Of a stretch of 62,395 nt of DNA, positions 44,133 to 53,853 are shown piece after piece; positions within the stretch are counted from its first letter, which is position 1, and each line of letters begins with the position of its first letter. The stretch spans positions 1 through 62,395 of the forward strand of contig JAGBXM010000060.1 in the NCBI GenBank assembly GCA_017629275.1, in the 5' to 3' direction. This stretch comes from Clostridia bacterium (GTDB taxonomy: Bacteria; Bacillota; Clostridia; Oscillospirales; Acutalibacteraceae). Both the position numbers and the translations under genes were made by a program. Under the pieces are notes generated by a model. It was not told the DNA's origin. It was given only the letters and a program-made list of their open reading frames with translations, and did not search any database.

Positions 44133-44207
44133 ATGTGCCGTTAAAAAGGAAATATTTTTTGCGGCTAATATAAACGTTTCTTTGGAACATAGATTGGAGA
44201 TTTAACA

Positions 44208-46982
44208 ATGGATTACAACAAGACACTTAATCTGCCCGAAACTGAATTTCCGATGCGAGCAGGTTTGCCTACCCGTGAGCCCGAAGCCTTGAAGGAGTGG
44301 CAGGATAATGATATTTACGGCGAGTTGATGAAGAAAAACGCCGACAAGCCTTCGTATATTTTGCACGACGGCCCTCCGTATGCTAACGGTGTTATCCACA
44401 TGGGTACCGCGTTGAACAAGTCTTTGAAGGACTTTGTTCTCCGCTATAAGAATATGACAGGTTTCCGTGCACCCTACGTGCCCGGTTATGATACACACGG
44501 TCTGCCGACCGAGCTTAAAGCCCGTAAAAAGGTGGGCGTTGGTTCTAATGCACAGGTTTCGGCTTTGGAGCTTCGTAAGATCTGCCGTGATTTTGCTCTC
44601 GGCTTTGTTGATGACCAGAGAAAGCAGTTCGAGCGTCTCGGTATTTTGGGCAACTGGGCCGATCCGTATATCACCTTGAAGCCCGCATACGTTGCAAAGC
44701 AGGTCGAGATTTTCGGCAAAATGGCCGAAAAGGGCTATATCTACAAAGGACTTAAACCCGTTTATTGGTGCCCTGAGTGTCAGACCGCCTTGGCTGAGGC
44801 TGAGATCGAGTACGCCGAGGATCCGTGTCATTCTATCTACGTCAAGTTCAACGTTACCGATGATAAGGGCGTTTTGACCAACTTGGGTGCAGAGCTTTCC
44901 AAGACCTATTTCGTTATCTGGACCACCACAACCTGGACCTTGCCTGCTAACCTTGCAATCTGCGTAGGTCCTGATTATGACTACGGTGTATACAAGGCAA
45001 ACGGTGAATATTATGTAATGGCAACCGAACTTGCCGCTAATTCCTTCAAGGCCGCCAAAATCGAGGAGTTTGAGCTTCTCGGTACTGTTCGCGGTGCTGA
45101 ACTTGAGTATATTAAGTGCGCTCATCCCTTTATCGACCGCACCTCGTTGGTTATTGTTGGTAACCACGTCACCTTGGAAAGCGGTACAGGTTGCGTTCAT
45201 ACCGCTCCCGGTCACGGTGTTGACGACTTTGAGGTCTGCCGTAATTATCCCGAGGTCGGAATGGTTGTTCCCGTTGACCATAAGGGTATTATGACTGCCG
45301 ATGCAGGTGAGTTCCAAGGACTCACCACCGAGCAGGCCAACAAGGCTATTGCAATTAAATTAGACGAAACAGGTCACCTGTTCGCTCTTGAAAAGATCAT
45401 CCACCAGTATCCCCATTGCTGGCGTTGTAAGTCTCCCATTTTGTTCAGAGCAACCGAGCAGTGGTTCTGCTCTATCTCGGCTTTTGCTGACAAGGCTATT
45501 GAGGAAATCAAGAAGGTCAAGTGGGTACCCGGTTGGGGTGAAGACCGCATTACCGGTATGATCCGTGACCGTTCTGACTGGTGTATTTCCCGTCAGCGTA
45601 CCTGGGGTGTTCCCATTCCGATCTTCTACTGTGAGGAATGTGGTAAGGAGGCTATTACTCCCGAAACCATCAAAAGAATCGTTGAGATTTTCCGCGAAGA
45701 GGGTGCCGATGCCTGGTACGCCAAGGAAGCTAAGGAGCTTATGCCCGAAGGCTTCAAGTGTTCCTGCGGTTGCACTTCCTTCAAGAAGGAAACCGATATT
45801 ATGGACGTTTGGTTTGACTCGGGTGTTTCGCACGCCGCCGTTATGGATGAGCGCGAAGAACTGTCAAGCCCTGCCGATCTTTATCTTGAGGGTGCCGACC
45901 AGTACCGCGGTTGGTTCCAGTCTTCACTTTTGACTTCAGTTGCCGCTTACGGAAGAACACCTTATAAGTGTGTTGTTACCCACGGTTGGGTCGTTGACGG
46001 CGAGGGCAAGAAGATGTCCAAGTCCATCGGCAACACCATCAACCCCGACGAGATCGTCAGCCAGTACGGTGCCGATATTCTGAGACTTTGGGTCGCTTCG
46101 TCCGACTATCACGCAGATATCCGTATTTCCAAGGATATCTTAAAGCAGTTGTCCGAGATTTACAGAAAGATCCGTAACACCGCAAGATTTATCTTGGGTT
46201 GTATCAGTGATTTTGACCCCGATAAGGACTCGGTTCCGGAGTGTAAGCTCCACGAGATGGACAAGTTCGCTTTGATGCGTCTTGATCAGCTCGTCGCAGA
46301 GTGCCGTGAGGCTTATGAGAACTTTGAGTATCACCTCATTTTCCACGCAATTCATAACTTCTGCGTACTCGATATGTCCAACTTCTACCTTGATGCTGCT
46401 AAGGACAGACTTTATGTCGAAGGCAAGGATTCTGAGACCCGCCGTGCCGCACAGACCACCATTTATAAGGTTCTGCATACTTTGACCCGTCTTATTGCTC
46501 CCATCCTTTCATTCACTTCGGACGAGATCTGGAAGTTTATGCCTCACTACGCCACCGACGATGTAAGAAACGTTGTTCTTAACGACTTCCCTGTGGCTTC
46601 GGGCAATGTTGATGCCGAATTTATGGCACGTTGGGAGAAGATTCACGCAATCCGTGACGACGTCAAGAAGGCTTTGGAGGTTGCACGTACCGCTAAGGTT
46701 ATCGGTGCATCGCTTGAGGGTGCTGTTACTGTTTATGCAACCGGTGCCGAGCTTGAGTTCTTAAAGTCGGTTGAGGATATTCTGGCTCTCTGTTTCATCG
46801 TATCGTCGGTTGAGATCGTCGACGGTGAAGGCGGAGAACACAAGGGCGACAGCGGTATCGGTGTCACCGTTACCCACGCAAAGGGCGAAAAGTGTGAGCG
46901 TTGCTGGAGCTTCTCCGAGACCGTCGGTCAAGATACCGAGCATCCCACTCTTTGCGCACGTTGCCGTGCAATTATAAAATAA
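44208..46982 (+). CDS. ileS: Isoleucine--tRNA ligase
   Basis: 924 aa with a HIGH-class motif (PYANGVIHMGT), KMSKS and a C-terminal zinc-finger cysteine pair (CERCW...CARC). Confidence 0.97.
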   Translation: MDYNKTLNLPETEFPMRAGLPTREPEALKEWQDNDIYGELMKKNADKPSYILHDGPPYANGVIHMGTALNKSLKDFVLRYKNMTGFRAPYVPGYDTHGLPTELKARKKVGVGSNAQVSALELRKICRDFALGFVDDQRKQFERLGILGNWADPYITLKPAYVAKQVEIFGKMAEKGYIYKGLKPVYWCPECQTALAEAEIEYAEDPCHSIYVKFNVTDDKGVLTNLGAELSKTYFVIWTTTTWTLPANLAICVGPDYDYGVYKANGEYYVMATELAANSFKAAKIEEFELLGTVRGAELEYIKCAHPFIDRTSLVIVGNHVTLESGTGCVHTAPGHGVDDFEVCRNYPEVGMVVPVDHKGIMTADAGEFQGLTTEQANKAIAIKLDETGHLFALEKIIHQYPHCWRCKSPILFRATEQWFCSISAFADKAIEEIKKVKWVPGWGEDRITGMIRDRSDWCISRQRTWGVPIPIFYCEECGKEAITPETIKRIVEIFREEGADAWYAKEAKELMPEGFKCSCGCTSFKKETDIMDVWFDSGVSHAAVMDEREELSSPADLYLEGADQYRGWFQSSLLTSVAAYGRTPYKCVVTHGWVVDGEGKKMSKSIGNTINPDEIVSQYGADILRLWVASSDYHADIRISKDILKQLSEIYRKIRNTARFILGCISDFDPDKDSVPECKLHEMDKFALMRLDQLVAECREAYENFEYHLIFHAIHNFCVLDMSNFYLDAAKDRLYVEGKDSETRRAAQTTIYKVLHTLTRLIAPILSFTSDEIWKFMPHYATDDVRNVVLNDFPVASGNVDAEFMARWEKIHAIRDDVKKALEVARTAKVIGASLEGAVTVYATGAELEFLKSVEDILALCFIVSSVEIVDGEGGEHKGDSGIGVTVTHAKGEKCERCWSFSETVGQDTEHPTLCARCRAIIK

Positions 46983-46998
46983 ACTGATAGGAGTAATC

Positions 46999-47556
46999 AT
47001 GTCAGCTATATTAGCTATTATCTGCGGTCTGGCGGTGGTCGGTCTCGACCAGTTGACCAAGTATCTGGTCACTGTTTATATGGAACCTAATGAGGTCATT
47101 GCCGTCATTCCGGGATTGATAAATTTCAACCGAATCCCACCCAACACGGGTGCGGCATTCGGCATGCTTGCAGGACAGACGTGGTTTTTGATAACCGTCA
47201 CCTGTGTTGTAATGATAATGTGTATTGCGATGCTGATAAGAAAGACCTTTGACAGCCGTCTAATGTTCTGGGCGCTTTGCCTTGTGCTGGGCGGCGGCTT
47301 GGGTAATCTTATCGACCGTATATTCCGCGGTGGCAGTGTTGTTGACTTTTTGGAGTTCGGTTTCTTTGAATTCCCCGTGTTCAACGTTGCTGACTGTGCG
47401 GTATGTATCGGTGCAGGTCTGATACTTCTGTATTTTATTATGGATTTTGTCAAAGACGCACGTCGCAAGACCGATATAGATGCCATCAACGCCGAGTCTG
47501 ATACCGAGATTGAGCAGGAAAACACCCGTGTTGGTGAAAGCAACAATGACAACTGA
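46999..47556 (+). CDS. lspA: Lipoprotein signal peptidase (signal peptidase II)
   Basis: Motifs NTGAAFG, GGGLGNLIDR and FNVAD, with 4 TM helices. Confidence 0.92.
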   Translation: MSAILAIICGLAVVGLDQLTKYLVTVYMEPNEVIAVIPGLINFNRIPPNTGAAFGMLAGQTWFLITVTCVVMIMCIAMLIRKTFDSRLMFWALCLVLGGGLGNLIDRIFRGGSVVDFLEFGFFEFPVFNVADCAVCIGAGLILLYFIMDFVKDARRKTDIDAINAESDTEIEQENTRVGESNNDN

Positions 47557-48454
47557 GCAGTTTGTTGTGACTTTGGGCGGTGTGCGGCTTGATGCGGCGG
47601 TTTCGGCCGAGTTGGGCATTTCGCGAAAACTAGCGGCCGACCTCATTGCCGACGGCAGTGTGACGGTCAACGGTAAAAGCCCTAAAAAGAGTGCCAAGGT
47701 GTCAGAGGGTGACGAGGTTACGGTGATATTGCCCGAACTTTCCGAACCCGAGGCAGTGCCGCAGGACATTCCGCTTGATATAGTGTTCGAAGACGATGAT
47801 TTACTTGTCGTCAATAAACCTAAAGGAATGGTGGTGCATCCCGCGCCGGGCAATCCCGATGGCACATTGGTCAACGCATTACTTTTCCATTGTAAGGGCA
47901 GTCTGTCGGGCATAAACGGTGTTTTGAGACCGGGTATTGTTCACCGAATCGACAAGGACACCAGTGGATTGCTTATCGTTGCCAAAAACGATAAGGCACA
48001 CAGAGTACTTGCCGAGCAGATAAAGGAACACACCTTTACGCGCGAATACCGTGCCGTTGTGTACGGTAACGTTAAGAATGACAACGGTACCGTTGACGCA
48101 CCGATCGGGCGCGACCCCAAAAACCGTCAGAGAATGGCGGTGGTTTACGTCAATTCAAAACCTGCCGTGACCCATTATGAGGTCTTGAACCGTTACGAAG
48201 GGTTTACCTTTATGAAATTCCGACTCCAAACGGGCAGAACGCATCAGATAAGGGTGCACATGGCATCAATAGGGCATCCGTTGGCAGGGGATCCTGTTTA
48301 CGGGCCTAAAAAAACAATCACACATCTTGAAGGTCAATGTCTGCACGCAGGGTTGATTGGTTTTGTTCATCCCACGACGGGTGAATATATGGAGTTTTCA
48401 AGTGAATTACCGCAGTATTTCACTTCATATTTGTCAACTTTAAAAGAAATATAA
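47546..48454 (+). CDS. rluD: RluA-family 23S rRNA pseudouridine synthase (RluD-like)
   Basis: N-terminal S4 domain and catalytic motif HRIDKDTSGLL. ATG 47546 overlaps the lspA end by 11 nt. Confidence 0.9.
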   Translation: MTTEQFVVTLGGVRLDAAVSAELGISRKLAADLIADGSVTVNGKSPKKSAKVSEGDEVTVILPELSEPEAVPQDIPLDIVFEDDDLLVVNKPKGMVVHPAPGNPDGTLVNALLFHCKGSLSGINGVLRPGIVHRIDKDTSGLLIVAKNDKAHRVLAEQIKEHTFTREYRAVVYGNVKNDNGTVDAPIGRDPKNRQRMAVVYVNSKPAVTHYEVLNRYEGFTFMKFRLQTGRTHQIRVHMASIGHPLAGDPVYGPKKTITHLEGQCLHAGLIGFVHPTTGEYMEFSSELPQYFTSYLSTLKEI

Positions 48455-48473
48455 GTTTTTCAGGAGGTTCAAT

Positions 48474-49310
48474 ATGAACGAGCAAAGAAAGATCGAACTC
48501 AAGAAGTATTCTCTTGAGGCTAAAAAGCAGATCATCATCGGCACTAACTGTGCCAAATCGGGTCATCCGGGCGGTTCGCTGTCCTGCACCGAGATACTTA
48601 CATATCTGTATTTCGATAAGATGAACATTGACCCCAAAAATCCCGATAAGGCAGACCGTGACCGCCTTGTTCTCTCTAAGGGCCACGCCGCACCCGCACT
48701 TTACGGTGTTCTCGCAGTCCGCGGATTCTTCCCCGTTGAGGAGATCAAGCAGCTTCGTAAGCCTTATGCAATGCTCCAGGGACATCCTGATAAAAAACAT
48801 ATTCCCGGTGTAGATATGTCTTCGGGTTCTTTGGGCCAGGGTATTTCGGCCGCCGCAGGTATGGCTTTGTCGGCCAAGCATTTCGGTGATGATTACCGCG
48901 TATACGCCATCATCGGTGACGGTGAGTCCGAAGAGGGCCAGGTATGGGAGGCCGCAATGTTTGCCGCTCATAAAAGATTAAACAATCTGACCGTTTTTGC
49001 CGATCTTAACAACCTCCAGATCGACGGTACTTTGGATGAGGTCAACTCTCCGCTGCCGCTTGACAAGAAGTTTGAAGCATTCAACTGGAACGTTATCGTG
49101 ATCGACGGACACGACTTCGATCAGATCGAGGCCGCAGTTGCCGCCGCCGAAAAGTGCACCGATAAGCCGACCGCCATTATTGCCAACACCGTTAAGGGCA
49201 AGGATGTTTCCTTTATGGAAAATCAGGTCAACTGGCACGGCGCAGGTCCTAACGACGAGCAGGCCGCCGAAGCATTGGCCGAGCTTGATGAAAGAATCGC
49301 CGCGCTGTAA
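48474..49310 (+). CDS. Transketolase, N-terminal (TPP-binding) subunit
   Basis: GHPGGSLS, the GDGESEEGQVWEA TPP motif, and its split-gene partner immediately downstream. Confidence 0.92.
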   Translation: MNEQRKIELKKYSLEAKKQIIIGTNCAKSGHPGGSLSCTEILTYLYFDKMNIDPKNPDKADRDRLVLSKGHAAPALYGVLAVRGFFPVEEIKQLRKPYAMLQGHPDKKHIPGVDMSSGSLGQGISAAAGMALSAKHFGDDYRVYAIIGDGESEEGQVWEAAMFAAHKRLNNLTVFADLNNLQIDGTLDEVNSPLPLDKKFEAFNWNVIVIDGHDFDQIEAAVAAAEKCTDKPTAIIANTVKGKDVSFMENQVNWHGAGPNDEQAAEALAELDERIAAL

Positions 49311-49328
49311 TCAAAGGAGGAAGTAACA

Positions 49329-50276
49329 ATGGCTGAAGTTAAGAATATTGCCACCAGAGACGCATACGGTGCCGCCCTTTGCGAGCTGGCTGAAAAGAGA
49401 AATGATTTCGTAGTTTTGGATGCTGACCTTGCCGCCGCCACCAAGACGGGCACTTTTAAGAAGGCACATCCCGAAATGTTCTACAACTGCGGTATCGCAG
49501 AACAGAATATGATGAGCGTTGCCGCAGGCTTTGCCTCGACGGGTAAGCTTGTTTTTGCAAGTTCGTTTGCTATGTTTGCCGCAGGACGTGCTTTTGAGCA
49601 GGTCAGAAACTCGATCGGTTATCCCCACCTCAATGTCAAGATCGGCGCTACCCACGCAGGTATTTCGGTCGGTGAGGACGGCGCTACCCATCAGTGCTGT
49701 GAGGATATCGCTTTGATGAGAACCATTCCCGGTATGACCATTATCAATCCTGCCGATGCTACCGAAGCAAGACAGGCAGTTTTGGCCGCCGCCGAGTTGG
49801 ACGGTCCCGTTTATATGCGTTTCGGCCGTCTTGCAGTTCCCGTTGTATTCGGTGACGATTACAAGTTCGAGATCGGCAAGGGTGTAGAACTTAAAGCCGG
49901 CACTGATGTTACCGTTATCGCAACCGGACTTATGGTCAAAGAGGCTATGGAGGCTTATGACCTTTTGGCCGCTGAGGGTATTTCGGCACGTATTATCAAT
50001 ATGGCCACCATCAAGCCTATCGACCGTGATATTATCGTTAAGGCCGCTAAGGAGACAGGCGCCATCGTTACCGCTGAGGAGCATTCGGTTATCGGCGGTC
50101 TCGGTTCTGCAGTAGCAGAGGTTGTTACCGAGGAATGCCCCGTTCCCGTTATCAAGGTCGGTGTCAATGACACCTTTGGTATGTCGGGTCCCGCAAACGA
50201 TCTGCTCGGTATCTTCGGTCTGAGGGCTAAGGATATTGTTGAAAAGGCAAAGCAGGCTATTGCCGCAAAGAAGTAA
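49329..50276 (+). CDS. Transketolase, C-terminal (pyrimidine-binding) subunit
   Basis: FYNCGIAEQNMMSVAAG and HAGISVGEDGATHQ motifs. Confidence 0.92.
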   Translation: MAEVKNIATRDAYGAALCELAEKRNDFVVLDADLAAATKTGTFKKAHPEMFYNCGIAEQNMMSVAAGFASTGKLVFASSFAMFAAGRAFEQVRNSIGYPHLNVKIGATHAGISVGEDGATHQCCEDIALMRTIPGMTIINPADATEARQAVLAAAELDGPVYMRFGRLAVPVVFGDDYKFEIGKGVELKAGTDVTVIATGLMVKEAMEAYDLLAAEGISARIINMATIKPIDRDIIVKAAKETGAIVTAEEHSVIGGLGSAVAEVVTEECPVPVIKVGVNDTFGMSGPANDLLGIFGLRAKDIVEKAKQAIAAKK

Positions 50277-50286
50277 TCAGTTGATT

Positions 50287-50326
50287 AAAAAGCGACGCAC
50301 AACTTTTGTTGTGCGTCGCTTTGCTT
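50287..50326. terminator. Bidirectional terminator between transketolase and the GtrA-like gene
   Basis: AAAA-AGCGACGCACAAC-tttt-GTTGTGCGTCGCT-TTG (13-bp stem). Confidence 0.8.
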
Positions 50327-50334
50327 TTAAACAA

Positions 50335-50781
50335 TTATTTATAAAGTGCGATTTTTTTTGAAAAAAAGTTCCAAGCTAAGACGATGGCGGTGGTGATGAT
50401 TTTAGCTATCATATAATGCAGATCCAAAAGTCCGTCGAAAAGCAGCATAAACAGTTCGGTGAGTCCCAGACCGATAAGTCCCGTTATAAGATAGACCGAG
50501 AATTTGTTGGCGGTCGACCGTGTTTCGGGAACGTTGGAGAATACAAATCGGTCGGACAAAACGAAGTTGGTCAAAAGCCCTAAAAGGAAGGACAGGGCGA
50601 CCGATAAATATTTGTAAATTCCGACTATGTCGTAAAAAAGCCAAAGAAAGGTCCAATCGACAACGGTTGCCGCACCGCCTACAAAGACGTAGCGAAAAAA
50701 CTGGATAAACGTGTTGCGGGTCTTGTCCATAAACAGAGCCTTAAGTTGGCAATGCTTGATGAGTTGTATCAGTTCGTGCAT
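50335..50781 (-). CDS. GtrA-family membrane protein
   Basis: 148 aa with 4 TM helices and the GtrA-like N-terminal signature FFRYVFVGGAATVVDW. Confidence 0.75.
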   Translation of the reverse strand: MHELIQLIKHCQLKALFMDKTRNTFIQFFRYVFVGGAATVVDWTFLWLFYDIVGIYKYLSVALSFLLGLLTNFVLSDRFVFSNVPETRSTANKFSVYLITGLIGLGLTELFMLLFDGLLDLHYMIAKIITTAIVLAWNFFSKKIALYK

Positions 50782-50963
50782 TTTTTAGTCCTTATAAATA
50801 AATTATCATATACAGTATAGCACACTTGGCCGTAATATGGTAGAAAAATTTGTGAAAATGTCTATTCAGTTTTTAGAAGTCGTTATGCAGAGAATTCGGA
50901 AGACGGTGTGCGTTTTTGGATGATAAACTCTACTTTTGCAAGAGTCGGCTTTATCGGGTCAGG

Positions 50964-50991
50964 TTGACCGATAACGCCGTTTATTGTATAA
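50964..50991 (+). promoter_or_regulatory. Candidate sigma-A promoter of the XRE-fusion gene
   Basis: TTGACC, 16-nt spacer, TATAAT. Confidence 0.55.
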
Positions 50992-51013
50992 TTTAAGCAA
51001 AGGAAGTGGTACG

Positions 51014-52750
51014 ATGAAGGATTATAAATTCGGCAACACGCTGACCGAACTTAGAAAAGCCAAGCATTTATCGCAAAAAGAGTTGGGACAGCTTCTGTCG
51101 GTCAGTGATAAGGCCATATCCCGTTGGGAAAACGGCAACGCTAAGCCAAGGGCGGCGGTATTGACCAAACTTGCCAAAATTTTAGACGTTTCGGTTGACA
51201 AACTGTTGGGCGGGTCGGGTCTTGTCAATAGCAGTGATGTTGCTCCTGCAAGTGGAGATTTTGTTCCGCTAAAGGATATAAACAACAGCGCTGCCGACAC
51301 TGTCAAGGTCAATTTCATTCCTAAAGAAGCCAAACCCAACGGCAACTACCTTTGTACCTGGCATATGCAGGAGATGACGGCTGATAAACTTTCTCTTACG
51401 GGCACTGATGACGGTGTCAGAATGCGTGATGCGTTAAATGAGAAAACTTTGTTTGAGACCGATGAGTTTTATCACCCGTTTCCCAAGGAATATCGCAACG
51501 GACTGATATTTTTGCTTGATGACGGCTGGGACGTGCCTTACAAAGCCGAAGCGTCGATGCCGATCTTCGGTTCGGTCGAGCCGAATCCGGAAAAATTCGC
51601 TTCACTGGGTAAAACGCCCGAGCAAAGACTTTGCGAAATCAGTCGCCGTGTTAAGAAAATGGGCTATGCAGGTCTTGGACTTTGGATATCGCCCAATAAC
51701 CTTAATGCAACCGAGCCGTTCAATATGGATGTTGCCCGAAAATATTGGGAGGAAAGGGCCAAGTGGTGTAATGCCGCCGACGTACGTTACTGGAAGTGTG
51801 ATTGGGGCACCTTCAGCCGCTATCCCGGTTACCGTGAGATGATGACCGAGTGCGTTAAAAAATATGCTCCCAATCTGCTTATTGAACACGCACGCGGATT
51901 TTTGCCGTTTCACGATATGAGCAACCCTCAATGTGTTATTGATATGTGCCGTGCATTTGAATACAGCGATGTTCTGAGAACCTATGACGTTCAGCAACCG
52001 TTTGCCGACGTTGAAACCTATTTCCGCGTCAACGAGTTGCTCAAAGGCATCGATCAAAGCAAGGTGCGCCACAAGGTCAAGGGGCTTGTCAACGTTGAGA
52101 GTCAGCCTATGGTGGCGGCAGGTCTCGGAATGAACATAGGTGTTATGAATCGCTCGTATGAGACCGATGCGGTTCTGCGTTGGCAACGCATCTGTCCGCC
52201 GTTTTCGGCTGTTGGTTGCGATTATGTGACAAGTGAGGAAACGGTGACCGATATATTAAGATTCGATACCGAGCCAAGCAGTTGGAGAAATATGCAATGG
52301 AAGGTGTTTTCGGCTGAGGTGCCGATGATTGCGGCAAGAGGCACGAGGTTGCCTCAGGTTCAGGCCGGGAATATCAAGCCGATAGTGTTGGCGAGTTGTC
52401 ACCCTGACGGCAATGCTTTGGCGGTTTCGACCCTTCGTCGAAACATTGATCCGAATAAGTACATTGCCGTTCCTGCCGACGTTACTGTCTATCCCGAAAG
52501 CATTAAGACTACGGTTGGTGTGTTCGGCATCTACCGTTCATTGACCTTGGAATTTGAAAATGATATTCCAAAAAATGCAACAGTGTGGACTCAGTGCCTT
52601 TTGGACGATACGGCGGTCAACGTGACCGAACTTGTTTCGGTTTTAGGCAACCGCTTGACCTTCGATGGACTGCTGCTCAGAAAACTGGGCCACAAGGCAG
52701 GGGATAAGTATAACGAACATGAGCCCGCGTTGATAATCAAAATTTGCTGA
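51014..52750 (+). CDS. XRE-family HTH domain fused to a large glycoside-hydrolase-like (clan GH-D-like) domain
   Basis: N-terminal HTH (LRKAKHLSQKELGQLLSVSDKAISRWENG), no TM helix, then a ~470-aa domain with LLDDGWD (51518-29) and YWKCDWG (51794-805). These resemble the DDGW and KxD motifs of GH27/GH36. Confidence 0.6.
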   Translation: MKDYKFGNTLTELRKAKHLSQKELGQLLSVSDKAISRWENGNAKPRAAVLTKLAKILDVSVDKLLGGSGLVNSSDVAPASGDFVPLKDINNSAADTVKVNFIPKEAKPNGNYLCTWHMQEMTADKLSLTGTDDGVRMRDALNEKTLFETDEFYHPFPKEYRNGLIFLLDDGWDVPYKAEASMPIFGSVEPNPEKFASLGKTPEQRLCEISRRVKKMGYAGLGLWISPNNLNATEPFNMDVARKYWEERAKWCNAADVRYWKCDWGTFSRYPGYREMMTECVKKYAPNLLIEHARGFLPFHDMSNPQCVIDMCRAFEYSDVLRTYDVQQPFADVETYFRVNELLKGIDQSKVRHKVKGLVNVESQPMVAAGLGMNIGVMNRSYETDAVLRWQRICPPFSAVGCDYVTSEETVTDILRFDTEPSSWRNMQWKVFSAEVPMIAARGTRLPQVQAGNIKPIVLASCHPDGNALAVSTLRRNIDPNKYIAVPADVTVYPESIKTTVGVFGIYRSLTLEFENDIPKNATVWTQCLLDDTAVNVTELVSVLGNRLTFDGLLLRKLGHKAGDKYNEHEPALIIKIC

Positions 52751-52770
52751 TACTCTATAGTATAAAATAC

Positions 52771-52812
52771 AAGAAGCCAAGGAACGAAAAACGGGCCTTG
52801 GCTTCTTTGTGT
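52771..52812 (+). terminator. Intrinsic terminator after the XRE-fusion gene
   Basis: AAGAAGCCAAGG...CCTTGGCTTCTT (12-bp stem) followed by TGTGTT. Confidence 0.7.
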
Positions 52813-52914
52813 TCGGACGATTATATTTATAGCAAAGGGGCCTTTATGACCGTGAGACTAAAGAAAAAAGAATTAAATTCTTAATAAAAAGTCCTTGAAA
52901 TTGGGCTTTTTTTC

Positions 52915-52943
52915 TTGCAAATAGGGTGGGCTTGTGCGATAAT
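52915..52943 (+). promoter_or_regulatory. Candidate sigma-A promoter of the tandem GH16 genes
   Basis: TTGCAA, 17-nt spacer, then TGcGATAAT. A perfect palindrome AAGAATTaAATTCTT lies upstream at 52868-52882. Confidence 0.5.
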
Positions 52944-53019
52944 ACAATTAACAGGGTGGAAATTAAGACTCTGTTAAAATTCTTGGCGCAGTTAAAAGCT
53001 GCGAAAGGAGAGATTGTCA

Positions 53020-53841
53020 ATGGATTTGTATGAAAAGGGTTATGAGCTCGTATTTGAGGAGAACTTCTCGGGTGGGCTCGAGGCTAACAAGTGGGCTTGT
53101 CTTGATGAGACCGTAAAGGCTCACTCGGCCAAGAAGGACAATGACTTTGTTCCGAGTCACGTTATTACTCAGGGTGCTGCTAAGCATGAAGGCTCCAATA
53201 TGCACTATAAACCTGAGAACGTAGTGGTCAAGGACGGCGCTCTCGTTATTACTGCCGGTCGTGACGGTGACGGCTTCCAAGGTGGCAAGGTTGTCTGTAA
53301 CGGTGTTGTCTTCGCACACGGTTACGTCGAAGTCGACGTTGAACTTCCCAAATTCCAGAAGGGTGTATGGCCTGTATTTTCTCTCGTTTCGACCGAAGGC
53401 ACACCTTATAAGGCAGACTTTGATGTCGCTTCCATTCAAGGTGACAAGGCCAAGAACGCATTTAATATGTATATCCGTTGGTTGGATGAGATATATGAAA
53501 CCCCTCATAAGATCAGCTGTCTTTTCAAAAAGCCCAAGCGTTTCTATCCCGACGAGGCTGACGAGGCCGTTTTGTCCGAGGGGCGTCATACCTTTGGTAT
53601 CGAAGTTACCAAAGAATGGATCATTTTCTATGCTGACGGTGAAGAATGGAACCGTGTTGACGTAACACCCAGTCCGTATCAGGTTTTGGGCAACAAGAAT
53701 TTCCTTAAATTTACGGCAAATATGTCTATCGGTCTGCCCAACATTGATGCACCTGAAGACAATGCCGACTTCCCGACCGAGTTCAAGATAAACAGCATCA
53801 AGCTTTATCAGAACGACGGCGACCTGTTGGTTAAGAGATAA
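53020..53841 (+). CDS. GH16-fold (concanavalin-like glucanase) protein lacking a signal peptide, with a degenerate catalytic motif
   Basis: GH16-like N-terminus (YELVFEENFSGGLEANKW). DFDVAS (53416-33) sits where the paralogues have EIDxxE, and WPVFSL replaces WPxFW. ATG 53020 follows RBS AGGAG. Confidence 0.65.
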   Translation: MDLYEKGYELVFEENFSGGLEANKWACLDETVKAHSAKKDNDFVPSHVITQGAAKHEGSNMHYKPENVVVKDGALVITAGRDGDGFQGGKVVCNGVVFAHGYVEVDVELPKFQKGVWPVFSLVSTEGTPYKADFDVASIQGDKAKNAFNMYIRWLDEIYETPHKISCLFKKPKRFYPDEADEAVLSEGRHTFGIEVTKEWIIFYADGEEWNRVDVTPSPYQVLGNKNFLKFTANMSIGLPNIDAPEDNADFPTEFKINSIKLYQNDGDLLVKR

Positions 53842-53853
53842 GGAGGGTGTGTT

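Noticed and set aside
44087-44207. T-box riboswitch upstream of ileS
   Set aside because: The intergenic region is only ~120 nt. It holds one hairpin and no specifier-loop or T-box (AAnnnGGTGGTAC-like) sequence. That is too short for a T-box leader.
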